Below are positions 11,808-26,084 of a stretch of 64,000 nucleotides of DNA, piece by piece. The translations under genes were made by a program, and so were the position numbers. This DNA is from Felis catus (Eukaryota). The stretch lies in contig NC_058368.1 in the NCBI RefSeq assembly GCF_018350175.1, positions 55,492,001 to 55,556,000 of the forward strand. The letters run 5' to 3'. The notes beneath the pieces were generated by a model. That model saw nothing but the letters and a program-made list of their open reading frames with translations. It was not told where the DNA came from and did no database searches. Within the stretch, counting starts at the first letter, position 1. Every line of letters begins with the position of its first letter.

Positions 11808-14800
11808 AACACTATTCCAATGGAGTGCTATCTATAAGATTGCTTTACCTAAGAAGAAAGCATGATTTTCTGTAATGGAATAGCTGACTTGTAAGATGGG
11901 CAAATTCAAAAGAGTGTGGCAGCAATTCACCATGACTATGGCAACTTGTTGGCAGCTCACACACACCATTGTATGCTCTGTGTAATACAATAAGCTCTAG
12001 CAAGTGCCTTTTGCCGTAAAGTATATCATTTTGAGATCTACTAGAAATACTTCAGTTGGGATATAAGTGCTATTGTTAATGATGCAGATGTAGAGTTAGA
12101 TCCTTCTACTTTCTAGGATTGGATTGTTAAGGGGTTATCCATATGAAGATCCCATGGCAGCAAACACAATATGTATGAGAGTGTAGGAAAGCAACTAGAA
12201 AAATAATACTGATTAGTATTTCCATTTCCATTTTGCACTCTGGATCTATATTTGAATTCACTGGGAAGATATAAGCTGCATGAAGGCATTCAGTGCTGAA
12301 TGAGGGATTCATGTGGTACATGCCTTAGCTACCAATGCTCACAAACAGAAGCTACCTGTAAGTCTCTGCAAGGACACATGTTTTAGAAAGATATTAGCAT
12401 GCAGTTTGTGGACATGGACAAGCTTGCAATTCTCAGACAGCCTTGGTAAAACCTCTACCTTTAAACAGGGGCCTATGATATGTTTTTGTTTTTGTTTTGT
12501 TTTGTTTTGCCATATGCATTTTGTTAGGACATGAAGTTGCTGTGCTTCTTGCAGGAGCAGGCAAACACTGACATACAATTTAAGCCCTAAACCACCACAT
12601 ATATATATTTTTTCCCCTAAGTACTGTGATTCCCTGATATTATAATTAGGCAATCAGATTCTTTTTGCAGCTGCAGCTACCAAGGAATGGAAACATGGGC
12701 TGATGGTTATCTAATAAGAACTTTTACGTACTAGTTGGTCTACTTATCCTCTGATGTTTATATGCTGAACATTAGTAGAGATCTTCTGAGTTGGCCAGGC
12801 TCTTAAGTACTCCTAGTATAGTGTGAAGACCCAGTGGGAATAGTTTATTTGATCTGAAAGGACCAAGAATTTCCATATCTCAGCTCTGAGCACTTATCTC
12901 CATTTTCAACTGCAAAGTCACTCCAGTAAATGGCCCAGGAGGTTCACCTTGGTTGTAATGACAATGACTGGATGGCCACAGATTTTTTTTTCTTTATCTT
13001 TCAGGATGAAGCCTACTAGCCTCTCTCACTAGAAGAGAAACTGTAATGTTAACTATATTTGGAGTGATTTTACAATTTGTTGGATGTTTACTCTGAAAGT
13101 AGAAAATATTGCCCCAATTCTTATCCCTTTTCAGTAGATTCTATGTGCCATGAAGACACTCTTATCTATTTTCCAGGAGCATTCTGTGAACACAGTCACT
13201 CACTCTTGTCTTTCATTAGAGTTTACTGCTCCAAGAAAGGGATGCAGTTTGACCAATCCCTAGCAGGAATAGCAAAACTCAGCTGGTCAGGAATAAATTG
13301 GTCTTATCCACAAAAGAAAGAAGGAAGCGCATGTAGGGCAGGGCTTGTTAGTAGTGAAAAACTTTATCTTTCTTATTTTATATTACATATATTGGCAGAC
13401 AGAGTTTAATAGCCTTCTCTAATATACCAGTCAGTATAGTCAACTTACAATATGATTTTCTTGAAATGTTAAGAGCAGCATAATATGGTCCCAGAAGATA
13501 TCTTGTTGTGAAACCATTCCCAGAAAATGCATTAAGAATTCTCTTCCTGAAATTATCTAAAGTCTGTGTTTGACTTTCCTGGTGTTACTCTTGATAGTCA
13601 TACTAATTGTGTCAAACTCTTTTTACCTTCTCTAGCAGAATAAGACTTTCATTTCTTCCTGTTGGCTCCCAGTGGATTGGACCTCTAATAGTGTCAACAG
13701 TTGCTGAACTTCTCATGTAAAGTCCAATTAATCACTCTTCATGAAAAGGAAGTTTTCATTAAATAATCCTTGAAGGGCCCAGAGAGGTCTCCCTACCCTG
13801 CACTCCATCTTACCTAACATCTTCAAATCAACAACCTCAATATATAATTTCACTAGCTAAGCTTCAAAGACTCCTCAAGGTCATTCCCTGGGATTAGTTG
13901 TTTCCTTTTTTTTTCTGTAGGAATTATTTTCATAGTATAATCATCTCTGCTTCCACAGCAAATGCTTTGTTAGATAATTATGAAGGCTAGAAAAATCCTA
14001 TGCACTCTGATGTTACTTCACCTAGACAATCTCAATTTGGTAATTATTCTGTTTAACCTACAATATGGTAACTAAACACCTTACATAATATGCATGTTAA
14101 AACTTGAAGAACATGGCACTTTTTATGTGGAATGATTGCAGGAGGAGAATAAAGACATCCTATCAGTGATAGGATTCTGGAATTGGTTATCTACTGTAAT
14201 TGGTGGGCTGGTAGTTTATAGAAGTGAAGAGTTAATAAACTAAGTGACACAATGGGAATAAGAAGTATAAAGAAAGTTTAGATTAATGGCTGATTCTACC
14301 TTCACTAAAGCACTAAGAGACAAAATGCCAACACTGGTTTGAATCTATCTAACTGAAATAGGAAGCCAAATAAGTTGTTGATCCACCACTACAGGATTCC
14401 AAATCCCTTATGCATTCATAAAACTTTGCATCCTGAGAGCCAGGGGTCCCTTGTTTCTACAAGATAAAACTTGAAATGCAGTTTTCTTTTCTTCATTTTC
14501 ATCCACTCCCTAAATGTACTTTTGCAATTTTCCATTGAGAATTTACACTCAAGGGTGAAAGTGTGTTCAATTTAAGTTCTCCCTTCAGCAAAAATGGCTG
14601 AAAAGATATTTCTTCCCACATGCTACAATAATCTTTATGGCAGATAAATGGGAACTTCAATGTATTGAGCAAATGCAATAAGCTAGGCATTTTGCATGTT
14701 AACTCATATAATTCTTCCAAACAACTCTATGAGCTGAACATTATTTTCATCCCAATTTTACACTTGAGAAAACTAACACTTATGTAGGTTAAATAACCTG

Positions 14801-16007
14801 CTTGGGATTGTAGTACCCAAGTAGAATTTTAGAGTAGCATTGACTTGTTTGCTCAGCTACACTTAATGCCTCCTTCATCCTTCTAGCCTGTTTTAGCATT
14901 TTATTCATCCCAACTACTGTATACTCCTCCATTTTCATGGGCTATCATTCTATGTATTCTCTCCTGGGTGCATTATCAGTATATCCTTTTTCCTATTATG
15001 ATGAATTTTAAGCAGAGTGGAATGAACACTGGCTTAACAATGTGAATAAAATGCAACATGGAACTTCTGTTTCTGGCCAAGATGGAGTAACAGGAAAGAT
15101 AATTACTCTCCCATATGTAGCAGTAAAAACAATGAGCAGAATAAATGAAATATACATTGAATTTCTATACATTGTACCAGGAAACAAATGATACTGATTC
15201 ATGAGAGATGGGAAGCAAACATGTTGAGCACTATGAATGCCCCAGCTTACTGCCTTGAGAAAGTTGCCAGACTATAGAATGGAGAAGAAATCTCAGTAAA
15301 TACTGATAGATAACTTGAGTTGGGGAAAGGGCTAAAAGTTCAGAGAAACAAAGGTAGTGTTCATAGGACAGGAGAAAGAAGCATGGCAAGAGAAATCCAG
15401 AGATTTTAGAGGATCCTCCATCAGTATTCAACAGAAAAATAAATGTCACATATATGAGAAAAAATTACCCAAAACTGGGGAAACACTACTCAAAAAGTTA
15501 AGAATAGCAGTGCATGACACATACCAACATGGTAAATGGTTAATGTTCCAATCAGCCATACTAGAAAACCTCATTACATGTGAGTAATTTAATTGAGTCC
15601 TCAAAAGTATCTTTTCTCAAGAGTGGGGAATCATTAACAATATAGTAAACACAGCTTTGGTTCCCCCTAACAAATATTAATATCAAGATTCAAGAGCAGG
15701 TAAGTTATGGTTTACAAGTAACTGATCCACGTAACAGAACAAAACTCAGATATTTATGTGAATAAAAAAAATTTAGCACCTAAAAATGTAAAATTCACAA
15801 TGTCTTTCTCCTCATTGAAAGATATAAGAGATACAAAAAAGCAGGAATATACAATACAAGAATGAGAGATGTCAATCAATCAAAACTGATGTAAAGGTAA
15901 CAGACATGGTAAAATTAGAAGGCAAGGCTATTAAAGTTTTTATAAGTATGTACTATTTGTTAGTGGTAACATCCATGACATAAAAGAAGGATTTAAATTT
16001 TGAGAGA

Positions 16008-16385
16008 AGTTAAAAAATGGTTAAAGAAGACAATTTAGGTGATACAACAAACTTTATTTAACGCTTCATGAAGTGGGCAGTTTCCATTTGGAGAATTAAA
16101 ACATGGGAGAGAAAGCAAGAAGTTTTATAGGATAAGGAATAAAGAACAAAGAAGAGACAAATAGAAAATATCTGTTTGGCTGAGGCCACACAGTCAACCT
16201 TGGTTGGATTTAGAAGGCCCAGAGTTGGCTTGGCATTGGGGGATTGGCCGGCTGAATATTCTGTGTTTTTGGTAAAGCAGGGGCATTTACAGGGACATGA
16301 AAGTTACTTAAATTTTGGTTTGCTGACATGAAACCTTAGGCAGAAGCAGCTGTATTTTATTTGTGCCTAGAAAGTTATTTCAAAA
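16008..16385 (-). mobile_element. Solo ERV1-class LTR inserted in the old L1
   Basis: Minus-strand CCAAT, TATAAAA and AATAAA; homologous to 54646-54910 and 57499-57868. Confidence 0.8.
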
Positions 16386-16507
16386 AGGATGAGAAGCAAA
16401 GTGAATGAAATGATAAGTGTACCAGGTGGCATTAGGAACAGATATTTTGAAAGAAAAGATTAGTGAACTTGGAAAGGTAGCAAAAAAGTATTAAAATTAT
16501 TAAATCC

Positions 16508-16704
16508 GAGTCACCTGGGTGGCTCAGTAGGTTAAGCGACTGACTTTGGCTCAGGTCATGATCTCACAGTCCCTGAGTTTGAGCTCCACGTCAGACTCTG
16601 TGCTGACAGCTCAGAACCTGGAGCCTACTTCGGATTCTCTGTCTCCTCCTCTCTCTGCCCTTCCACCTCACACTCTGTCTCTCTCTCTCAAAAATAAACA
16701 TTTA
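16508..16704 (+). mobile_element. CanSINE
   Basis: TSD aaaattattaaat. Confidence 0.95.
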
Positions 16705-18819
16705 AAAATTATTAAATTCAAAGAAGGAATATAAAAACAAAACAAAACAAAAAAACATTATTGAGATGTGGGACAAATCAAAGGAAACTAAAGTATGTGT
16801 AATAAAATCTCCAAAAAAAAGAAGTGGAACAGAAATATATTTGAAAAAATGAAATTAAAAACTTTCCAATTTTGAAGAGCTGTAAATAACAGCTCTAAGA
16901 GCTCAACAACTCCCAAACACAAGACACATAAAGAAAACTACAGAAAAGCAATGTAATCAAATTGCCGAAAACCAATGATGAGGGCAAAATCTGAATAGAA
17001 CCCATACAAAATGACATGTTTCATGTGGAGGAACAAAGATACAATTTATACGAGATTTTTAGTGAGAAATAACTCATAAGAGAAGACATTGGAACAGCAT
17101 CATAAAGTGCACACACAAAAAATCTGCAAACCCAGAATAGTATATCCACAGAATATATGTTTAAAAAAAAGAGTAATAGACTTTTTAAAGATATGCAAAT
17201 GCTGAAAGAATACAGCAGATCTGCATTACAAGAAATACAAAAATTAGTCCTTCGGGCAGAAGAAATTATGGGTCTATATGGATGAAAAAAGAACAGTGGA
17301 ACTGTCAACTGTTTGGATACTTATATAAAATGTTTCCTCTTTATTAATTCTCTTTACAAGATGTTTAAATAAAAATAATTTTTAAAATGTGGGGATTAAA
17401 ATGTGTAAGATGACTATAAAATAATCATATAAAGACCTGTAAGGGAAAAAATGAAAGTAGGCTATTGTGAAGTTTTTATACCATGTTTAACATGGTATAA
17501 TGTCACAGTAGATTGTGATAAGTCAAAGATATATACCCTACACCTGAATGTGACCACTAGCATAGCAAATAGTGTAGCAATAAAAAGCTTCCAAAATGAA
17601 ATAAAAATATACTGTTAATAAAACAAGCCAGTAAAAGGAGAAAGAGGAACAAAAGAAAAGATAGAAAAATAGAAAATTCAACAATACCATGATGGTAGTA
17701 AGCCTAACTACATCAATCAAATGTAAATAGTATAAACACCCAATTACAAAGAAGAGATTTTCAAATTGGATGAAAAAAAAAAGACCCACTATATGATGCC
17801 TAAAAAAATGGATTTTAAGGGAAAGACATACATAAATAAGTTAAAGAAAGTTATGCAAAGCTAGCAATAATCAAAAGAAGGATGGAGTGGCTATATGAAT
17901 ATCAGAAAACGATTTAAGAGGAAAGACTTTTTTAGTGGTAAAGAAGCCAATTTATCAAGAAGGTATATCAATCTTAAAATTTTATTCAATTAATAACAAT
18001 AAAAATATATGAGGTAACTGTGCAAAGTGAATAAAACACTTTTAAATAGCCCATATGTCAAAGAAGAGATAAAATAAATCTGAAAATATTTTGAGCTGAA
18101 TAAAAATAAAAACACAACATATGTAAATGTTTGAGGTGCTGTTGTATCTGTAATTATTGGGAAATATATAGAACTAAATGTCTTCATTAAGAAAAATAAA
18201 AAGACTCAAATGAATGACCTCAGCTTCCATTTTAGTAAAATAGGATAACAACTATAAATTAAACACAAATTAAGTGTAGGAAAGGAAATAATAAAGAGTA
18301 AAAAAAACGAACTAAATAAAATAAATAGAAAACAAAAAACAATTAAATAGATAATAGAATAAGTGAAATCAAAATTTGGCTAACTGGGATGGCCATTAAA
18401 TTAATAAATTTAATACTATGGGATGATAGCTCAATATAATACACTGCATATAAAGATATTTGCTTCTTGTCCTTTAGGCATCACTAATATCTTATTCCAA
18501 AATTGTACTGAAATTGTATCAGATTACCACACTAATATTAATGGAGACAGTTTAGAGAGAGGTTTCCTGCATATAGACTAGTGTTTACTCAACTTATACA
18601 TGATAACACCAATTTTCATTATAAATCAAAGGAATATATATATAGTCAATATAAAACAAAAAACAGAAAATAAAAGTAATCAAAAATAAAATTCTTTTAA
18701 TACATTGTTGTCATAATAACTACATATCATATATCACTCTAAAGGAATAAGTTTGTAAGTTGCCTTTTCTTAAAGGAATTAAGTGTTTTTATGTGTGTGT
18801 ATAACAGATAAAGCAAAAA

Positions 18820-20000
18820 GATTTTCTTAGAATGACAAAACTATTCTGTATGATATTATAATAGTAGATAAATGACACTATGTATTTGTTAAAACCCATA
18901 GAACTCTAAAGCACAAAAAAATCAAAATAATATATGCAAATTAAAAAAAATAGGAATTTGGAGAACTCAGGATAGAATTCAGACTGTGACAATAAAATCT
19001 AACTTTCAAGTGTATAAAATAACTTTATACAGCAGGGAAAGGTGCTGAACTAAGTAACTTTAGAAATGGGAAAGTAACTTCATGTAAGACCTATTATGTT
19101 GGTTTATAAATCTGTGTCTATGAGTGTATAGGTTAATAATTCAAAACTGAATTAAACTGAACCTGAAAAATTTAGTAATGGATGCTTGAAGGTTGGGAGC
19201 AAGATTTGTCACCTCTGGAGTGGGAGATTATAGACAAGTAGGTGGGGAAGGGAAAAATTATCCAAGTGGTAATGTTTTAGAGTTGGGGACATCAGAATGA
19301 ACTTATATTGCCTTAAAATATAGACACATGAATTTAGAAATATTTATAAATATATGTATACCCATGGGTTAGTATATACTCACGTATTTTGTTGCTTTTC
19401 AACTGAGCCTAGAATAAAAGACACTCCAATAACAATCAGCCAACATAGAACCCATATCTGGGTTTTTAATATTATTATTCAATAAAAGGAATCAGAACTC
19501 CTTAGAGAAATGGCCGATAATCAAACTGGAAGAGGAAATATGTAAGATGAGCCAGGACTATCTTGCATTGCTAAAAATTTAAAAATTGCCTAAGAAACAA
19601 ACAAACAAGCCACCCTACAGATAAGGGTATGTTAAGGGGAAACAGGAGGTAATAGAGAGATTGGCTCATGGCCAAACCAAAAACAACAACAACAACAGCA
19701 CCACCACCACCAACAACAACAAAAATAAACTAGTATTAGATTTTAATCCTTAAGATAAAGTCAGTATCTGAAAAGTTTATTTTGACATAAATAAGTGATG
19801 GAATAAATAACTAAATTAGCGGCAAATCATGGGCAAATCACCTGTGATGAAAAATTTTAAATAATTAAGTAGATTCTCCTTCCTCAAGGAGGTGGGGCAT
19901 AATACTACACTCTTCATATCTGCTTGCACAGTGACTTTCTTCCAAATAGTATGAAATATGAAAAGAATGAAAAAGAATAACTTCACAGTGGGGAAACAAA
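18820..20000 (+). mobile_element. L1MC3-like 3'UTR
   Basis: aactattctgtatgatattataatagtag...aaaacccatagaact...ggtgctgaactaagtaacttt motifs. Confidence 0.75.
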
Positions 20001-20764
20001 ATTTTTCAGAATTATATAATCTTTTGTTGTAGATAATGATTTTGGTAAGACTGGAGTATTTACTGGAGAAAAGAAAAGCACGGACACCAGAAGATGGATT
20101 TGAGAGCTACGTGTAGAACAGGTAAGATATGGCAGGGCCTCTTGAAGTAACTGGCTATGGGTGAAGATAGGAACTGTGCGTTTCTCTACATGTTTCACTC
20201 TCAATCCTATTTCTATAAGCCTAAAAATACTTAACATTTGTTTTTATCCTTAACTAGGTTAAGGATAACAAATACAGATGATTTTTCTGTTAGCAAACAG
20301 CATACACACACTCATAATACTCCATACATTTGAGCAATACTAGATATAATGAAAAATAAAGGCAATCCCATTTATTTATGTTGCTTTGCTAACCTATAAC
20401 AAACTTGTCAAATAGCTATTGAAAATAAAATATTTTATTTCTATGAAGTCCTCCTTGCTTCTTTCATGATCATTATGTTAAAAAACCTATCATGTACATT
20501 TTATAACAGATCAAGAAATCTAATCAAATAGATCATAGATTTTTAATTATCTTTGCTTATTGCTAAATGTTTATAGTATATTGGTATTCATATGGACTTG
20601 ATCATAAAGTTGTAGTGAACTAGATTTGTCTTTACTAAGAATTATGTACTTTTAACATTTTGAAATATCAGCCAATTTGTTGTCTAACTTGTATTATTTC
20701 TAAATATCAACTGTTTGTTAAATTTAATTATACTTAAATATTTTGATTTTTATACATTTCCTAG

Positions 20765-21235
20765 ATCCATTTTTATGCTCTGTTACCTACAAAACTGTGT
20801 ATTTGCAGGATGTGGATGCATAATTATCTTATTTAAATTGTGTCTACTCTGAATGAATGTGATAATCCAAATCAACTTGTTTCACCATTTCAGTACTTAT
20901 TTAAATTTATCAAGTGGCTCATACTCCATTAATTCAGAGACACAGTTTGTCAATTTGATTGCCTATCTTGTTGGTACAGCTGCTTGTTTTCATAATCCAG
21001 TTGTATATTAAGGTATTTGAGTCTGTAGTTACATGACCAATCTTGTTTATTTGCTGATGACTCTCTGCTTTAATAATTGAAGTCATTAGTGTATGAAATG
21101 TGTGTTTTGCAAACACCACGATCCATTACCAAACTCTGTGTTGGTACACTAATTATATAATCTATATTAAAGTGTTTTCATGAAAAAGATGGCACTATAG
21201 CATGAAGTATCAGTGTTATGGTATTTATGAACCAA
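20765..21235 (+). pseudogene. Candidate heavily decayed exon, PKD-domain-like
   Basis: Pyrimidine tract + AG; frame with many stops but containing VCFANTTIHY and KYQCYGIYE. Confidence 0.3.
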
Positions 21236-21309
21236 AGGAAAATATACACCTTTCAATGTATATTGAGATATATCTTTCATTAAAATATAAATTTTTAGTG
21301 AAGGCAAAC

Positions 21310-21700
21310 AATTCTTATCCTTTCTTTGGTGCATCTAAGAATTTAGTGCAAAAGAATATCTGGAAGTAGCAATCCAAGCACAGTGATTCCATGGTATTTT
21401 AAAATATACATTTCCTTTCTATTCTTTCTGCTTTGCCATGTTCAGCATATTAGCCAGTCTTTGTGCATGTCACCTCATGCTTACATGTGGTGTAACCACT
21501 GCTGTTCCAGGCACTGCATTCTTATTCCAGGTGGAGGGAGGGAAGGAAATGGAAGAGATGTAGGAAGGAGTAATGCTTACATTAGAAGAACAAGTCTTCC
21601 CTGCAAACCCTTAGCTTGCATCTTTGGCAAGAACAGTGTCACATACTTGCCACTAACTGCAATGGAGGTTGGAGAACTTGTGAAATGTTTTAAATAGACT
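21310..21700. mobile_element. MLT1-like MaLR LTR remnant
   Basis: ctgctgttccaggc...ggcaagaacagtgtcacat...ctgcaatggaggttggaga motifs. Confidence 0.55.
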
Positions 21701-21717
21701 GTATGTTTTATCTTATC

Positions 21718-21938
21718 TTTTTTTTTTAGTTTTTGAAATACTTATTTATTTTTGAGAGAGACAGAGACAGAGCGCAAGTGGGAGAGGGGCAAAGAGAGAA
21801 GGAGATGCAGAACCAGAAGGCTTTGTAGGCTCTGAGCCTTCAGCACAGAGCCCTATGCTGGGCTCAAACCCACGAACCCTGAGATCATGACTTGAGCCCA
21901 AGCTGGACACTCAACTGACTGAGGCACCCAGGTGCCCC
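21718..21938 (-). mobile_element. CanSINE
   Basis: SINE body ending caggtgcccc. Confidence 0.93.
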
Positions 21939-21967
21939 TGTATAGTCTTTATGTTTCAGAACAATTG

Positions 21968-22159
21968 TATTTTATTTTCTTTATTATTATTTAGTTTTGA
22001 GAGAGTGCATGGGGAGGAGCAGAGAGAGAGGGAGACAGAGGATCTGAGGCAGGCTCTGCATTGATCACAGAGACCCTGATGCAGGGCTCGAACTCAGAAA
22101 CCATGAGATCATGACCTGACCCAAAGTGGGATTTACCAGCTGAGCCACACAGGCGCCCC
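21968..22159 (-). mobile_element. CanSINE
   Basis: TSD ...agaacaatt. Confidence 0.92.
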
Positions 22160-23620
22160 TCTTTTAGAACAATTTTAAATTTACAGAAAAATTTAAAAGA
22201 TTGTATGTTTTTTCATATACACACTCACCGTTTCCTCTAATATTAACATTTTACATTTTTAAGGTAAATTTGTTACAATTAATGAACCAACATTAAAACT
22301 GATATTTATAATTAGCTACACTTAGAATTTATTCAGAATATTTAATTTTACTTAATGTCTTTCTCTAATTCAGGATACCACTGTAAATTTGGTTGTTGTG
22401 TCTCACACTCCACTTTGCTGTGATAATTTCTCAGAATCCTTATTTTGGATGAATTTGAAAATCTGGGGGAGTAGAGGTCAAATAATCTAAAGGATACCTC
22501 TCGACTGGAATTTGTCTACTTTTTCTCCACAACCAGAGTGCCTTTATGTTTTTGAGAGGAGAAAGGTCAAAGAGATTAAGTATGCTTTTCATACCACAAA
22601 TACATGCTATCAATATGATTTATTTTGGTTGATAGTGACCTTGATCACTTGTCTGAGAGAGTATTCATCAACTTTCTCCATTATAAATGTGCATTTTTTA
22701 AATTTCCATGCTATATTCTTTTTTTAAGTTTATTTATTTATTTTGAGAGAGAGAGAGAGAGAAAGAATGAGTGGGAGAGGAGCAGAGAGAGAGGGAGAGA
22801 GAGAATCCCAAGTAGGCTTCGCTGTCAGCATGGAACCCCACTTGGGGCTTGAACTTATGAACCACGAGATCATGACCTGAGCCAGAATCAAGAGTCAGAT
22901 ACTTAACTGACTAAGCCAGCCAGGTGCCCCTCCATGCTATATTCTTTAGCAGGATATTCTACCCTCAAGATTACCACACAGTTTGGTATTTTTCTGCAAG
23001 AATGATTTAGTTGGTTTCCTCCCCCACCTCATTTATTACTTATTCTATCATTTATTTATGTCAGCATGGACTCAGATACTTATTTTGTACTTTGAGTTAT
23101 TAATAATCATAATTCATTTTGCTGCTCAAATTTTCCAGCTTTTGGTGTTGGGAAGTCCTTGGCTCCTGTGTCCTTTTAATATACCATGATTGTTGTATTT
23201 TTCTTTCTCTGTTTTTTTTTTTAATTTTTAAATTTTTAAAAAATTTTACCAAGGAGACTTGGTTGTTTTTAGTGGATACTGATAATAGAAATCAAGATTT
23301 GGATGCTAGGGATGTCACTGAGAAAGGGGTGTGTTTTTTTTGTGTGGGTTGTGTATGTTTGTTTGTTTTGATTTAAACTTCCAGATTACATAGCAAAGAA
23401 GTGTATCAATTAACTTGTTGATATACACAGGTGTATAAATATTTCTATGTATAGCTATATATCCACATTAAACTAAGTATGAACATATAGTGTCTCCAAC
23501 TATAATTTATTGCCATTTGGATAATTCTAGTTTCATTTACTAGTAAATTACCATTCCAACAGTGAGAAAGCTTGCTCCTACTATCCACATCCACCAACCA
23601 TTTAATTGTTCAGATTTTGA
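22160..23620 (-). mobile_element. Old L1MC-type 3' end
   Basis: ttttaaatttacagaaaaa...aattaatgaaccaacatt 3'-terminal motif. Confidence 0.7.
22722..22930 (-). mobile_element. CanSINE
   Basis: Perfect TSD tccatgctatattcttt. Confidence 0.96.
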
Positions 23621-24212
23621 ACTGGTAATTCCCTCTGATGAAAATGTTTCCCTTCAGATTATTCTTGGCTGGCATCTTTTCCCATAGCATATTTCAATTA
23701 ATTTTCTTCCCCCTCAGAAAGGCTTTCCCTAACCAATTGAATTACTTGTGTTATCTGCTGCTTTCTACTTCATTCTTCATCATAATATCTGTGTTTTGTA
23801 TCCTTCTGGCTCATCTAAAATCTCTGCTCCTTACATTTTCTTGCTTAATACTTAATCTCTTCACTAGAAAATGCTTCTATGATATCAGAGAACTTGTTTG
23901 TTTTATTCTTTACCATGTCTCCAGCATATATCACTAGTTATGGCTCATTTTAATTTACAAGAAGTATGTGGTGAATGAATAAAAAGAAATAATATATTTT
24001 CAAGTGACATATGTAGTCTTTGAAGAATCATACCCATTCCTCATAATTTTTGTCCCATTTTAAAAACATGATTCAATTTTCATTCCTTAACTCAAAAGTC
24101 ATTGTCTTCTTGAATACATTTAATTATTTTTTTAATAATTTTTAAAATATTTATTGATTTATTTTTCAAGGGAGAGAGACAGCATATGCACGTGAGCAAG
24201 CAGGGGAAGGGC

Positions 24213-24263
<51 letters not shown>

Positions 24264-26084
24264 CCAAACAAGCTCTGCAATGTCAGCTCAGAACATGACA
24301 CAGGGATCAAACTCATAACCATGAGATCATGACCTGAGCCAAAGTCAAAAAGTCAGATGCTTACGAGGAGCCAAGATGGCTGAAAAACATGGAAGTTTTT
24401 TGTTTGTCTCACATCCATGGAATACAGCCATACCAACACTAAACCATCCTGCACACCAGGAAAACTGATCTGAGGATTAACACAACAATCTGCACAACCT
24501 GAACCACAGAATTCTGCAGGTACGCGGCACAGAGAGGTGACCTCCTGGGCAGAAGCCGTGGATGGCAGGGAGCTGCTTTTGCGTGTGGAGAGAGGACAGA
24601 GACCAGGGCAGGGGAAGAATACGGTAAAAGCAACCCCCCCAAAAGCAGCTGGAGAGAAAGTAAAAGTGGCAACAGCCACAGGCACTGAACTAAAAAGGGA
24701 GAAAGGGAAAAGGGGAAAGGAGAGGGTTTAAATTCCATTAAGACTGTAAAAAAGGGGAACGCAGAGTCTGAAACTCTGCAGCTTGATACCTGGTGGTGCT
24801 CTGGTGAGAAGGGTGATTCCCAGGAGCAAAGTAGAGTCCAGGGTTCTTCAGACTACACCAGGAGAGGCGGTTCCCTTGCTGGGAGGACACCTGGTAGAGG
24901 CTGTGTGGGTCCTCCAAAGGCAAGGCCCCAGTGGACCCAGGAGAACAACCACATTTGCTTATGCTGGAACAAGGTCGCTAAGGGTGAAGCCTGGTGCCAG
25001 ATGTGTGCTGTGATTATCCATAATCCCTGAAATGCTGCTGCTACACTATCTTGTGAACTTTTTCTGGGGCTGGCTGGCACCCGGCCACAGTCTCTGGGCA
25101 ACGGCAGCAGCATGGTCCCGCAAACGTTCCTGGGTGTGGCCGGCAGCTGGCCATTGCCTGGTGAGACCCTCCTGCAGAGGGGCAGAATGGGCAAAGCCGC
25201 AGTCCTTCAGAAGTAAGGGGTTGGTAAAATCAGCCACATCTGAAACAAAACTCAGGAGGAAGATGCTTCCTGGGGCTTGGTCACAGACAGTATAAAAGCA
25301 GGGAGTGGACAGAAGCCGAAGATGGAGGATGGGTGCACGATTGCTTATCAGGGAGAACAGAATTCCAATACTAGAGACTGGGTAGCTGGGTGATGCCATT
25401 TTCATCACTCCCGCACATGAGCATATGCACCTACAAGCACCACAACAATCCATCCCAGTAAGCTAAAGCAGTGCCTTCTAGTGGAGAATGGAGCCATTAC
25501 ACTAAGCTCTTCCCAACTACGCCAACCTTGCTCTTCAGGAACACAAGTCTCTCTGCTTGCTTAGTTTATGGACTATAAAGTGCTTCATAGTTTGACGTCT
25601 AGTGAAAATCAAGTAATTTCGGATGTATTTCAGTCTGTTTGCCAGTCCTTCTATTCAATTTTCTTTCTTTATTTTCTTTTTCTTTTTTCTTTTTCATTTC
25701 TTTTCTTTTCCTTGAATACAGAAAGAGAAAAAATTCATTTTTACTTTCAGTTTTTATTAAAAATATTTTTCTTTAATTTTTTCTAGTCTATTTTTTACTT
25801 TTGTGTGATTATTGTCAAATTCTACTTTACTTCCATCATTTCAGTTTAGTCTATTTCAGTGTATTCATTTTTTCAAAATTTCGAACGATTTCCTTTTTTT
25901 CCCTTTTCTTTCCCCTTTTTTCTCTAATCTATCAAGCCCCTTTCAACACTCAGACCAAAACACACTTAGGATCTAGCATCATTTACTTGATTTTTTTGTG
26001 TGTTTGTTTTTAATTTTAATATTTTTAAAATTTTTTTAATTTAAACTTTTTTTTTATCTCATTAATTCCTTTTCTCCCTTCAAA

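Larger units (their letters stand above)
9186..12450 (+). mobile_element. Ancient ERVL internal remnant (gag, part of pol/RNase H, integrase; heavily deleted)
   Basis: Nucleotide similarity by eye to ERVL gag (aatgaagctaagatgctagaaattccttagtat; gatggagtgtattcatcatg) and integrase segments; no ORF left. Confidence 0.65.
15061..18420 (+). mobile_element. Old L1MC-type element: 5' end, ORF1 and fragmentary ORF2
   Basis: Starts gaacttctgtttctggccaagatggagtaacagg; gccccagcttactgcc motif; decayed ORF1/EN-like sequence. Confidence 0.8.

Noticed and set aside
24353..25453. Antisense ORFs in the L1 5'UTR (possible ORF0 analogue), partly shared with 46887-47414
   Set aside because: Starts and stops are not conserved between the two L1 copies; shared peptide is explained by nucleotide homology
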